This document shows, piece by piece, positions 51,146 to 64,000 of a stretch of DNA of 64,000 bases. Origin of the DNA: Octopus vulgaris. Taxonomy: Eukaryota. The number at the start of each line of letters is the position of its first letter. Position 1 is the stretch's first letter. A program made the translations under genes and the position numbers. The stretch is taken from assembly GCA_951406725.2 (NCBI GenBank), contig OX597826.1, positions 60,016,001 to 60,080,000 of the forward strand, read 5' to 3'. The notes below the pieces were generated by a model that did no database searches, had not been told where the DNA came from, and saw only the letters and a program-made list of their open reading frames with translations.

Positions 51146-52392
51146 AAATTAATAATTTATTGTAGATCTGATGGTCAGTTCAGTGCAGCTTGACTAAATC
51201 TATCAAGAAACGTATTCCACCCGTAAGCAACGAGATTGTTTCTGTACAAGATAATATTGTCAAGTTTATATGCGACTCTATGATGTCCGGCGACTGATTT
51301 GTAGATTTGGTTAACAAATCCCACGTGCCAATAAGTATTGCTGTGTCATTTATTTATTTATTAGTGGGGGAAATTATTAAAATAGGTTACCTCTATATAT
51401 TAATTCCTTAACGTGTTTCACCCATGCTTCGTTTTGCTTAACTATATTCTAGTCTGTGTATCAACAAAGAAACCCGACAAAATGTATTTTTTTCTGACAG
51501 ATTATCTAAGCCTTTCTGATGCAATACCTTTTCCATTATTTTGCAGGTCGGGTGTAGGTCCGGGTGATATTAAATTAGAATTGTGGGATTTCTAAAAGGA
51601 GAAACAAAGATTTGAACGCTCCATTATTGCTTAGAAACGGCAAGAAATGTTGAATTTGAAACAGCTAACTACTCACTTAAACAATACTATTTGCTGTTAC
51701 AAATCGTTTTTCCACGTGACATCAATTTTGTTTTATTGAGAGAAAAAAAAGAGATACGGTTAAACAAGAGTAAGAGAAATAGATACAGATGTAAAATTGT
51801 AAATTTTAGCAATATGAAACAAATGAAGCCATTTTATTAACTTTGATGGGAAATTAGCAAATATATTCTCATATTTTATCTACATTTTCTCAAATCTATG
51901 CAATCAATTCAAGTAAGTGGAAGAGAAAAAAAAAGCAAATGATTTGCTATCTCAACAAACACATTTTAACGTTGGTTTTAGCCTTCGGCAAATCGTCACT
52001 TTCCTCTAAGATCTCTTCAAGCGAGAAAAATATTGACGAATTTTTCAAAATTTCGTTCGTTTCTAAATCCACCACGAAACTGAAATACTAGAAGAGGAGA
52101 GATTACAGGGCATCACAAATTATTTCTCAGGTTTGATTCTTGTTGGTTAAAGGATATTAGACTATTAAGAAATAAATTGCATACATACAAATTTAAGTCT
52201 ATATATGTGAACGGATATATAACGACACTTCAGCTTGCTTTTCTTTCTCCATTCTATAAATATAAAGTTGATTCGAAATTGAAAATTTTCAGAAATTGAA
52301 ACTGGAAAGAAAGTTAAAACAGTTAGAAGCAAACATCTTACGTTAAATTATAAAATTGACATTCCGTCTGAATAGTTTCGGTTATATATAAG

Positions 52393-52394
<2 letters not shown>

Positions 52395-52455
<61 letters not shown>

Positions 52456-52492
52456 GCGTGTGTGTGTGTATGCGCATATACATATGTATATA

Positions 52493-52534
<42 letters not shown>

Positions 52535-52603
52535 TTATATACATAGATATACTTAAAATATATATTCATATATACACACATATATACAAACACACACACA
52601 CAA

Positions 52604-52636
<33 letters not shown>

Positions 52637-52971
52637 TATACATACACACAGACACACATATATATGTACGTATGTATGTATGTATATATATATGTGTGTG
52701 TGTGTGTGTATGTGTATGTATATGTGTGTGTGTATATAGATATGTGTGTATGTGTCTGTGTATGTGTGTGTGTGTGCTTTGTTTTTCGGGGGTATTCTTG
52801 AAATAGAAATAGTAATGATTGCCAACGTATTGAGAAGTTTACATAGATACATAAGTAAGTGCACTATTCGAAAGCGAATATACAGATAAGTATATGGACT
52901 CAGACACTTACACATACATACAAACGTCAAATAAACATGATAATAATAATAGTAATTATAATCATACTACA

Positions 52972-53028
<57 letters not shown>

Positions 53029-53029
53029 G

Positions 53030-53126
<97 letters not shown>

Positions 53127-53140
53127 TAATAATAATAGTA
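52395..53140. repeat. (TA)n/(TG)n field followed by (ACT)n(AAT)n
   Basis: Directly visible. Confidence 0.95.
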
Positions 53141-53257
53141 AAACAAAATTGGAGAATTCATCGGTGTATATAAATACCGAAATAAGTTTATATTTTTTTG
53201 TATCCGAATGCTAATGTATCTCTAGTGGTATGTATGGAAATCGAAACTTTTATGTGC

Positions 53258-53308
<51 letters not shown>

Positions 53309-54819
53309 TACATACATGTATACATACATGTACTTATTTACATGCAATTCTATTCTGTATGTGTATGTTCATATTTGCATACAAATACACACACACATAC
53401 ACACACACACACACTCACACACACAGAAACACATAGACATGCATAAATACGCGGACATGTACATCTGTCCGTATGTATACAGATATAACGCCACGCACAC
53501 TCACACACACACACACACACAAACGCACACAACTAAGAAATTCACACAGGATATGTAATGCAAAGACAAAAAATTAGCCAAGCAAATTAAATTAAAATCC
53601 CCATCACATAAGGAGATAGCGTCCCGTATCAAATAACGTAGCTACTTCCATTTTGTTTCTTAGCGTTGATTTTTATTTATTTCTATTTTGGAGAAAACAA
53701 ATATTCGTAGAGTGTTTATTTAAGTTTCACTTAACAAAAATGGCAGTCTTCGGCACGCACAATAATTCCTATAAAACTATCACGCCTAGTTAGTTTTACC
53801 ATTAAAGAAAATCACATAATTCGTGTTTATCTACTGCCGTTGATAGAAATAAACACACACCGATACTATTTATTTGTATATTATCGTTTTTATTTTATTT
53901 ATTGGTTTGTACTCTCAGATTTTACCTTGTTTCTTGTCTTATTCCATTTGTACATTCTTCTCTAAATTACCATTTGTGTTCATTTCATATATACTTCATT
54001 TAGAAAGATATTTCCATCAAAATTCTCATTTTATATTTTCAACAGGATTTGTTTAAACACAAACAGTAAAATACATTTTTGATTGTGTCATTAGGAAATG
54101 TGCACGCAGGCTTACACACACACACAAACGCACACACAAACACACAAACACACATACACACACACATGTATATATACAAACAAGCATGTATGTGTGTGTG
54201 TGTATGTTCGTAAATTTATCAGTACGTCAATATCTGTGAATAAACATTCTGTGTCATCAAACTTTGAATGTACCTCATATATCACTTTCTCTATTATTCC
54301 TGCTACTTCTCTCTCTGTTTCTATGTCTCTCTGTCGCTCCCGCCCTCTCTCTCATTACCTTCGTCTGTCTAGCTCTGTGTCTGTCTGCTCTCTCTCTCTC
54401 TCTCTCTCTCTGTACCTTCGTCTCTCTTTCTCTGTCTCTCTACTCTATATATATGTGTATGTGTTTGTGTGTATGCTTGTGCGTGCGTGTGTTTGTGCGA
54501 GCAGTCATGTATGTGAGCACGTGTGTGTGGATGTGTGGGGAGGGGGGTCTAGTGTTCAGGTTGTTCGAATCACGAAGGATATGGTTTGAGTTCGATTCCA
54601 GGCTAGAGCGTACGTTTTTGGTTAGTAAACATCATTTGGTTTGTGCACGTCTTTTCACGTTTTTTCAATCTCTTCATCCCAAAAAGATTATCAGTAATAT
54701 GTCCGTGAAAATTCATTTCACTCACTCTTTCTCTATATATATGTCTCTGTCTCTGTCTGTACCTTTTTCTGTCTCTGTCTCCCGATAGTTGTCACAATCT
54801 GGAGATGCCATTGTTTCAA

Positions 54820-55165
54820 AAGGTCGGTTATGGGTTCCGTCACACTTCATGACACCTTTGGCAAGTCTCTCCCACTTTGACATTGGGCCGACCAAAACCT
54901 CGTGAGTGGATTTAGTAGACGAAAACTGAAAGAAGCCCGTCGTGTATATGTGTGTGTGTGTCCATGTTTGTCTCCGAACATCGCTTGACAACCGATGTTG
55001 GTATGTTTAAATCCACGTAACTTAGCGGTTTGGCAAAAAGAATAGAATAAATACTAAGCTCTAAAATATAAGCCCTGCGGCCGATTGGTTCCGCTAAAAG
55101 CATTCAAGGCTGTGCTCAAGCATTGCCGTAGTCATATGACTGAAACAAATTATAAAGTAAAAGAT
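54820..55165 (+). mobile_element. SINE family B, degenerate
   Basis: gacacctttggcaagtctct..gtgagtggatttagtagacgaaaactgaaagaagcccgtcg..atgactgaaac. Confidence 0.85.
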
Positions 55166-55186
55166 ATATATATATATGCATATATA

Positions 55187-55707
55187 TAATACACATATGA
55201 GAGAGAATCCACTAAAGTGGACGCCCTTACGCTAAAGAGAGATCCACATGAGTCGCAACCACTAAAAATTGTTCTCATTTGAATATAACTATGAATATAA
55301 TAGGCCGTACTGCTCGTATTTTTGACCTCGTGTTAATATATGGCGTGCAGTTCGACAAATTATATTTTTGACGGACTCCACTGATGACCTGCAAATTAAT
55401 TGTGTAAGTAAAATTGCATAATTTATTAACAGTGAAACAATAGTAAGGGGATTAACCTATATTTTTGTTATTTATCATTTATCCAGCTCGCTTACGTTCA
55501 TAGTGTGCTAAGTTTTTCTTAAGAACAAGTTTTAGTGGTTGAGACTCATGCGGATCTCTCTTTAGCGTAAGGGCGTCCACTTTAGTGGATTCTCTCTCAT
55601 ATGTGTATTAATAATATTTACTGAATCTCAGTTTTTTATGCGCTAAACCACTGGTGTTAAATTGATGTTATTAAATTAATATCCAATTTTTTCATCCTCA
55701 TTTTGAT
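55187..55707 (+). mobile_element. Penelope-type non-coding insertion: 89-bp inverted arms around a hammerhead-containing 246-bp core, plus tail; flanked by (TA)n
   Basis: Arms are 55187-55275 and 55522-55610 (3 mismatches). The tail (55611-55707) is homologous to 43861-43965. Confidence 0.85.
55376..55450 (+). ncRNA. Type-I hammerhead motif with extended stem II
   Basis: ctcca-CTGATGA-cctg..aattgtgtaa/ttgcataatt..cagt-GAAAC aata GT-A-agggg. The core is intact, but the closing pairs of stems I and II are mismatched. Confidence 0.55.
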
Positions 55708-55898
55708 TATATATATATATATATATATATATAACTTATAAATTAGGGCTAAAGAAAATTATTTCAATGCCAATATATATATGTATGTAGGTATGTATGT
55801 ATGTATGTATGTATGTATGTATGTATGTATGTATGTATGTATGTGTGTATGAGTTTATATCTGTGTGTATATATGTGTGTGTGTGTGTATTCTTTCAT

Positions 55899-56295
55899 TT
55901 TTTATTCTTTTACTTGTTTCAGTCATTTAACAGCGGCCATGTTGGAGCACCGTCTTTCGTCGAGCAGACCGGCCCCAGGACATATTATTTGCAAGCCTAG
56001 TAGTTATCCTAGCGGTTTCTTTCGCCGAACCGCTAAGCCACGGGAACGCAAAAACACGCATACAAGCAAGCGATGTTGGGGCGAGGGGAGAACACACATA
56101 AACATACTTACACACACACACACACATATACGACAGACGTTTTTCAGTTTCCGTCTACCAAAACTGCTCACAATGCTTTGGTCGGCTCGAGGCTGTAGTA
56201 CAAAAGCCTATCCAAAGGTACCACGCAGGGGCACTGAATCCGGAACCATATGGTTGGTAGGCAAGCTACTTACCACCCTGCTAATACTGTGCCTA
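55899..56295 (-). mobile_element. SINE family B
   Basis: Near full-length reverse-complement copy. Confidence 0.9.
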
Positions 56296-56297
56296 TG

Positions 56298-56347
<50 letters not shown>

Positions 56348-56365
56348 TAGATAAATAGATAGATG

Positions 56366-56411
<46 letters not shown>

Positions 56412-56974
56412 CGCACATACATGAATGCATCCTGTTGGGGTCACGCGTGTGCGTGTGTGTAAATTTCGACTAAATTTCAGTTGTTTTCCTTTAATGTTAT
56501 ATAACACTTTTCAACGAAACACGAGAATGCAAAACCGTTTGCTAAAAAAATTGTGCAAATCAGTCAAGTAAGGAGAAACACGCGAGAAGAAAACTCGATT
56601 TCAATTTTCTATAACATTATGTAATTTGTCAAACGTATCAGAAATGCAGGTTGAATTCAGAATTTATGAAATATAATACTTTACAAATATAATACTTTAC
56701 AATTTCGTGATGCAATAATGACATAAGAATTGACAAATTTTTTATGAAAAAAATTTCGTTGTGTGTTGTGTAAGAGGAAATCATATGCTAGTACTGTAAC
56801 GCATATCTCTGCTGAATAATCCGATCCAGTACAAAGAAGAGACTAGCGGAGATTTGTATAGCGGTGTAAAGGTATCTTGGTCTATATATTTGTAAAGCGG
56901 AGTAAAGGTATCTGGGTTTTCAATTCATAATTTCAATGTGAAGTAAATCAGCTAAAAGACAGCAATTTTTAGGC

Positions 56975-57371
56975 CAAATTGGTTACATAGAACACAATCC
57001 TGACTGGCACTTTATATTATCGACGACGGCAGAATGGAAATAAAGTCGAGCTAGACATTTGGATTCAAAGCATAAAGTCGGAAAGAATGACACTAGGAGT
57101 TTAATCAGGTTTGCTAATAAAGACTCTGCCGGTTCGCCGCCTTAAAATACATTTTTAAACACTTTCAAATTTTGGTACAAGACTAGCAGGATCGGGGGAG
57201 GGAGAAAGTCGATTACATTTACTTCAATATTCCACTGGTACTTATTTTACCGACTTCAAAACGATGAAAGGCAAAGTCGACCCCGGTGGCATTTGAAATC
57301 ACAATGTGAAGATGGTCAAAATACCGCTAAGTATTCTGCTCCGCGTGCTAACGAGTCTGCTACTCGCCGCC
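56975..57371 (-). mobile_element. Two adjacent degenerate family A SINEs (about 56975-57142 and 57162-57371)
   Basis: Both end in tctgc..tcgccgcctta. The second has gatgaaaggcaaagtcgaccccggtggcatttgaa. Confidence 0.8.
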
Positions 57372-58042
57372 TTACGAATCAGTTATGTCATCATAATAAT
57401 TTCAACCGAGTGAATTTACTGCTTCTTTCACTTCCGTACATATATGCATTTTAATAAAAATTCATGATATTTAAAAAAAAAATAAAGAACGCAGTTTTTA
57501 AGCGTTAAAATTCCACATTTTGTTTGCATTCCAAACACCATCACAATGCATGTATATGTACGTATGCACATTTGTGTGTGTTTGTATGTGCGGTGGAGGG
57601 AGGCGTGCGTGTTTGTGTGTGCGTGTGTGTGTGTTTGTGTGTGTGTATGTGTGTGTAAGTATCTGTGGGTATGTGTGTGTGTGTGTATAAGTGCAGAGAA
57701 GCGAAGCCATAAGATTACGGTTGCTGATTTAGAATTCGCAAATATTACAGAATTGAAGCGAAGTTTCATTCTCTGTGAGGAACAATAGTAGATTTGCTTC
57801 TTTACACGTACTCGGTTCCATCAAAATACACTAGGGGTGTACATGGGATACACTTAAAGCGGGATTCAAGATGATTCAACGGTTAACACAAAATACATAC
57901 ACAAGTACGCACGCGCACTAGCATGCACACAGACACACACCTATATCATCACACACACACACACACATACACACACATATATATACGTGACATAGTATTT
58001 GAGACTTTGAGTATATATGAACATGCATTTATCCGTCTATCC

Positions 58043-58127
<85 letters not shown>

Positions 58128-58131
<4 letters not shown>

Positions 58132-58360
58132 CTTTTTTCATTTCTCTTTTCTTTTGTTCCTTTTCCTTTTCTTTTTTTTTCTTTTTATTCCTTTTATTTT
58201 TTTTGTTCTTTTCTTCCCTTTTACGATCCCTCTTGATCGAAAACCTACGCCACCCCTTTTTTTTCTTTTGTTTTTTTGTTTTTTTCATCCCCCAAAAGAA
58301 AAGCTCTACCTTGTAACTTGTCCCATCTGTGTGCAGCCCTGTGTGGCCAATAAAGAAACT
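58128..58360 (+). mobile_element. Probable LINE 3' UTR fragment inserted in (TCTA)n; its end matches the SINE A trimer tail
   Basis: Ends tctgtgtgcagccctgtgtggccaataaagaaa; the SINE tail is tctgtgtgtagccccttgtgggcagtaaagaaa. Confidence 0.5.
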
Positions 58361-58393
58361 TATCTATCAGTCTGTCTGTCTGTATGTCTGTCC

Positions 58394-58427
<34 letters not shown>

Positions 58428-58693
58428 ATGTCTGTCTGTTTGTCTATGTAAGCCATAGTTCAGTTTTATTTCAAAATTTCTTGTAAATAAAGAACGAGCC
58501 GGTTTCTAACCTAGATCCAAGGTTCCTTCATTGGTACTTCAACATCTACAAATGGGTATTTTTGCATGTATGTATGAGTCTATGTGTGCCTGTATGTACG
58601 TATGCATGCATGTATGAATGTATATTTCACTCTCTCTCTCTCTCTCTCTGTATATATACACACACACACAGACACAGACACACAGACACACAG

Positions 58694-58762
<69 letters not shown>

Positions 58763-58764
58763 TT

Positions 58765-59081
58765 AAAGGGTAAATGCCCCTGTAGTTCATGAATGACCAT
58801 GTGATTCCACCCCACTGTAACACAAATCTGGGCTAGATTGTTTATGGAAGACCAGCAGCCGTCCATGTATACTTCCCTCTCATCTCCATGCCACCGATTT
58901 TATCCAAGGGAAAGGCAAAGGCCGATACAGCTTGGCACCAGGGACATCTCAATATATTTCTACAGCTGAGTGAACTGGAGCAACGAGAAATAAAGTGTCT
59001 TGCTCAAAAACACAACACGCAGTCCGATCCAGAAACTCACTATCTCATGATTGTGAATCCGACGCTCGAACCACTGAGCCG
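58765..59081 (-). mobile_element. SINE with tRNA head, body 2 and tail W
   Basis: cagctgagtgaactggagcaacgagaaataaagtgtcttgctc is shared with 21380-21420, but the tail differs. Minus head begins ggctcagtggttcgagcgtcgg. Confidence 0.75.
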
Positions 59082-59704
59082 TACACACACACACTCACAC
59101 ACACACACACACACGGACACACATACTCACATACACCCGTACATATTTATAATATTCATATATATGTGAGTGTACGTATATGTCTATGTGTATGTGTCTT
59201 AATGTGAGTGTGATTCTGTGCGTACGAGAAAGAACATTGAATCTGAAATACGTCGTGTCTGCTTTTGTGGCCTTCACAAGTCAAGCTGACAATACTCTGC
59301 ACGAGGAAATTACATAAAACATGAAAGATCAGACATATAATACCAAAAGAAACACTTCTCTCAATCAATTCTATTTACCAATACAGAATGTAACGATACA
59401 GACCAGGAGCATTGCCATTTCCTTTATAAAGTGTCTTCGATCACTTCAAAATTGCACATTTTAACGGAATTCGATCTTTGTCGATATTTACCTGTTTTTT
59501 CATTGTATTTTGAAATATTTTTCGCTAGATGTATGAGTTTTTTGTTTTACCTTTATAATATGAATGTAATAAGGAATTGTCAAAAAATATTGCCAAAAGT
59601 ATTTCTTGTATAATTTCTTAGCTTTAACTAAAGAAAAGGTCGAGCTAAAAGTTAAAATAAAGACGTGTTTTGCAATCCCGTAATAAAATAACACTCTGTG
59701 CTCG

Positions 59705-59895
59705 CGCGCGTGACACCGATGCTGGGTGTGTTTACGCCCCCGCAAATTAGCGGTTCGGCAAAAGAGACCGATTTAATAAGTACTAGGCTTACAAAGAATA
59801 AGTCATGGGTTCGATTTGCTCGACTAAAAGCGGTGCTCCAGCATGGCCGCAGTCAAATGACTGAAACAAATAAACGAGTAAAAGAGAAAAGAGAA
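59705..59895 (+). mobile_element. SINE family B 3' half
   Basis: accgatgctgggtgtgtttacg..gcggtgctccagcatggccgcagtcaaatgactgaaac. Confidence 0.92.
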
Positions 59896-60464
59896 CATTG
59901 TTAGAGGTTTTATACGAAATGCGGGGTCAAACTATTGGAGGGAATGTAAATTTTTCACAATATATGATAATGTTGAGTAATGTTGTTCTTAGACGTGTTG
60001 TGTTTATTGTGACTTCCACAAGCATAGCCTTTGTTAATTTCGACAGAAAATTTCATTAGCGATGCTGTCAATTCTAAAATATCACAGACACCAAACAGCT
60101 TTAATTATGTTACTTAAAAAAATCCAGAAAGAAATTCAGATGCTATATGAATGTTCATGAACAAAACAATGAAATTTCAAGTACTTTGCCAACAAGCCTC
60201 CATACAATGCAAACTGGATACAGGATTAAAGGATATTGTAATACCTGATTAAATAAAAATTATTGCATCACCTAGGAAAACAGAGTTTTATGATGCATAT
60301 ATACACATTCACTCTCACATATTATACAGATATGCGTGTGTGATTTGTGTACATGGGTGGCTCTGTATCATTATATATGCATGCATGTATTTATGGATGG
60401 ATGGATGATTGTGTGTATGCGTTTATGCATGCATATATGTACGTATGTATATATGCATGTATGC

Positions 60465-60560
<96 letters not shown>

Positions 60561-60816
60561 CTTACAAAAACACACAAACACACACACGCAGACACATACA
60601 CGTGCACACACACCTCCTGATGTGTTTTTATAGTTCTATCAGTATGTATGGGCAAGAAAGACGGGTTACGAAATGATGGTTGCATTCTATAACGAAAATT
60701 ACAAAAAAAAAAGTATTATGTTGATAAGGCTTTAGCTAGTGACATAATCCTACTGAAATATTTTCGTATTCTCCTGTAATATCTGCGATGAAAATATATG
60801 TGCGTATGTACGTATG

Positions 60817-60859
<43 letters not shown>

Positions 60860-60874
60860 GCATATATATATACA

Positions 60875-60920
<46 letters not shown>

Positions 60921-62082
60921 TATATACATATATACATATATAATGTTAAATACATACATATATATATATGTATATATATATATATATGTTACATACATAC
61001 ATATATATATATATATGTAATGTGTATATATATATACATATATAAATACATATAATGTATATATATATATATACACATATACATATATATACATATGTAT
61101 ATGCATATATGTGTGTGTGTGTGTGTGTGTATATATACATGTATTTATACATTCATGCATACGTAAATACATACATATAGAGGCAAAAAATATTTAATAT
61201 TGTTAACACGAAATATAAAATTCTCTTTTGCGATTTTGTGATTATTTTAAAATTTATATTTTTTGTGAATATTTATCAAAACGTTATTTTGTAAAGTATT
61301 GCCATATAAATTCTCCTCCTTGTATATTAACATTCTTAAAGGTAAAAAAAAATTGAGAACTTAACAAAAATATTAATATTAATCACGAAAGTATTTGAAA
61401 TATTGAAATTTAATAGTTGTTACTAAGAAAAATTATTTTTCTACTCAAAATTCAAACGTTGTCTACAGAATAAAGAGAAAAAAATATTATAAAACCAAAA
61501 GGAACACTTAAATTTTTTTTCTTTTTAACAGGAACAAAAATCGATAAAACCTATTTTAGCGAGTTTAAAACAAAGAAAATATACTAAAATCATTTGGAAT
61601 TCTGACCTAAGACTTGTTATTATAATTTGAAAGAAATTCCTTTTGTGATCTGCTGACACTTATTCTTAACTAAAGGTTTGCGAATGTAAATTTGATTTAT
61701 TCAAAATCTTGGACTTGGTGGAAAGGATGAATAAACATCTGCTCACTGACGCATGTCTAACCTCTTCAGTTTGTACTTATTTTAGTTTTTGCATGCGTGA
61801 AATTGTCAGTACTGTTTGGTTTAATTAACCAAGCGTGACAAATATGAGGAACATGCCAGGGTAATTATGGTGTTGATGCTGTTGAAGAAATGTTATATTA
61901 TACACCTACGAGGATCCGGCAATTTCTCTACGCCGAATTTTAAGTTGACATCCATCAATTTGAAGGTTATACTTAGGTATATCTGGTGGTTTGGAAGCTC
62001 GCTTTGCAACCATGTTTTTGTGATGATTTTTACTGAGCGACTTTTGGGCAAACTTATTTTTATATGCGCGTGTAAATATATG

Positions 62083-62149
<67 letters not shown>

Positions 62150-62157
62150 ATGTATGC

Positions 62158-62466
62158 GGATGCGCAATGGCCCAGTGGTTAGGGAAGCGGAATCGCGGTC
62201 GTAGGATCGTGGTTTCGATTCCCAGACCGGGCGTTGGGTGTGTTTATTGAACGAAAACACCTAAAGCTCCACGAGGCTCCGGCAGGGGGTGGTGGCGATC
62301 CCTGCCGTACTCTTCCGCCACAACTTTCTTTCACTCTTTCTTCTGTTGGCCTACTCGCTTAGCCAGTGGGGTGGCGTAATTTGAAGGCTAAAACAATGCG
62401 AAGCGCATTGTGACAAGCGATGTGTAACAACATCTGATAGTCTGGTCGGTCACGTGATCACGTGAT

Positions 62467-62467
<1 letters not shown>
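62158..62467 (+). mobile_element. SINE family C head and body 1 with tail Z, copy 1
   Basis: Head as at 18777. The tail ends gtcggtcacgtgatcacgtgata. Confidence 0.92.
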
Positions 62468-62526
<59 letters not shown>

Positions 62527-62536
62527 ATGTGTGTGT

Positions 62537-62846
62537 GGAGGCGCAATGGCCCAGTGGTTAGGGAAGCGGAATCGTGGTCGTAGGGCCGCGGATTCGATTC
62601 CCAGACCGGGCGTTGTGAGTGTTTATTGAGCGAAAACACATAAAGCTACACGAGGCTCCGGCAAGGATTGGTGGCGATCCCTGCTGCACTCTTTCGCCGC
62701 AACTTTCTCTCACTCTTTCTTCTGTTGGCCTGCTCGCTTAGCCAGCGGGGTGACGTCATTTGAAAACTAAAACAATGCGAAGCGCATTGTGACCAGCGAT
62801 GTGTAGCAACATCTGATAGCCTGGTCGGTCACGTGATCACGTGATA
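62537..62846 (+). mobile_element. SINE family C head and body 1 with tail Z, copy 2
   Basis: Head-to-tail with copy 1, separated by (TA)n(TG)n; roughly 90% identical by eye. Confidence 0.92.
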
Positions 62847-62870
62847 TGTATGTATGTATGTATCTCTCTC

Positions 62871-62924
<54 letters not shown>

Positions 62925-62927
<3 letters not shown>

Positions 62928-63330
62928 CCCTCTGGCAACGTATTTGATCCTTGACCATGTTGGTTGCAAACACTTGTCAATAGTTTCTTGGTCAATCATT
63001 TTGTGTTGGAGTGACAGAGTTTTAAATATTATCGTTTGTTGCGCTATGCGTTGTTGTATATCGTGAGCGGTGGGGAGGTTAAATTAACATTTGTGTCATC
63101 TCTCTGTAATAAATTCCTCACTTTTTTTATCTCTTCAACATTAAAGTAGAGTGATTCTTGTTGCACTCTCACTGCTGATTCGAAACCGCGATTGCTTAGT
63201 TTAAATCCATCTTTCTTGAGGTCCTTAATTTTGTTGTTCGTGGTGTCCTTGAAAGTATCTATTGTATTTCTTTTGGGAAGTAGATCATTCCTCTCTCTTG
63301 CTCGCAACAAGGGAGAGAAAGAGACAATTC
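62925..63330 (-). pseudogene. Possible LINE ORF1 (L1/Tx1-like) N-terminal fragment, frameshifted and truncated at (TA)n
   Basis: Complex, non-repetitive ORF at 63044-63310 continues after one frameshift as IQQRIAQQTIIFKTLSLQHKMIDQETIDKCLQPTWSRIKYVARGK. The family assignment comes from recalled resemblance only. Confidence 0.35.
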
Positions 63331-63630
63331 GGTGTACACGTCGTCTTAGTGGGCTTAACCCGCACCTAGGGTGGAAGCCACGATTGAAAAATTAATTACG
63401 TAGCAAAAATACAAATAAACGTGGGCAAAATTAGCCCATAATAGGGGGAATTTTGGTTCAGCTACAAAGACGCACAAGATTCAACAATAATAATTATAAA
63501 CACACTTTGGTAACATGAATTTACAAAACGTACTAGCGTAAAAAGCGCACGTCAGTTCGGCAAGTAATTATCCAGCCCTTCATACGTCGCCTAACGACAG
63601 GAAAGTCCATGATATATGTGTGTGTGTGTG

Positions 63631-63666
<36 letters not shown>

Positions 63667-64000
63667 GGCTGCCTCCTCAAGAAACTTAAACTTTTCAAAG
63701 CCAATGTTAAAGTTTTTAGCCATGCTCAAGTATCCAAGTATGAATGCAAGTTCGGAGTGGTGTGGGGTTATGTCTAGTTCTTTCAGACAGTGAATGAATT
63801 AATATTTAAACATAAAGAATATGCTTATATTATTACATTTCCTCTGATCCACGCTGTGTTGTGTATTATATATACAACCACACGTACTTTCACACACACA
63901 CTCACACATGTATGCATTTGTGTATGTATACATGTATGCGTTTGTATATACGTATGTATTTATGTATACGCACACAGGCCCATGCTTATGTTCGCATTTA

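Noticed and set aside
56853-56916. 28-bp imperfect tandem duplication (tttgtaWagcggWgtaaaggtatct)
   Set aside because: Only two copies, consistent with ordinary slippage duplication.
62158-62230. tRNA-like sequences (also at 6785-6855, 18777-18830, 19183-19240)
   Set aside because: They have A/B boxes but no closed acceptor stem, and they run into SINE bodies. They are SINE heads, not tRNA genes.

Overview
AT-rich, microsatellite-saturated eukaryotic DNA with no protein-coding host gene that I can support. Almost all ORFs in the track are translations of (TA)n/(CA)n/(AAT)n/(GAT)n/(GGT)n repeats. The repeat content resembles an octopus (coleoid cephalopod) intronic or intergenic region; this is inferred from pattern recognition, not from a database search. 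The window contains: (1) about 35-40 copies or fragments of at least three tRNA-headed SINE groups with swappable body and tail modules; (2) decayed coding fragments of Penelope (GIY-YIG), R4/Dong-type, RTE and other LINEs, a Tigger/pogo transposase and a Tc1 transposase; (3) an (AAT)n-embedded retroposon 3' end in three copies; (4) several short non-coding Penelope-type pieces carrying type-I hammerhead ribozyme cores. Two related short elements have long, near-perfect inverted arms that stop at the same point, and one of these encloses a hammerhead. The most interesting structures are the hammerhead/inverted-repeat elements (43.7, 44.3, 47.1 and 55.2 kb) and two SINE trimers with identical internal junctions (10.8 and 30.2 kb). 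Many element boundaries are approximate.
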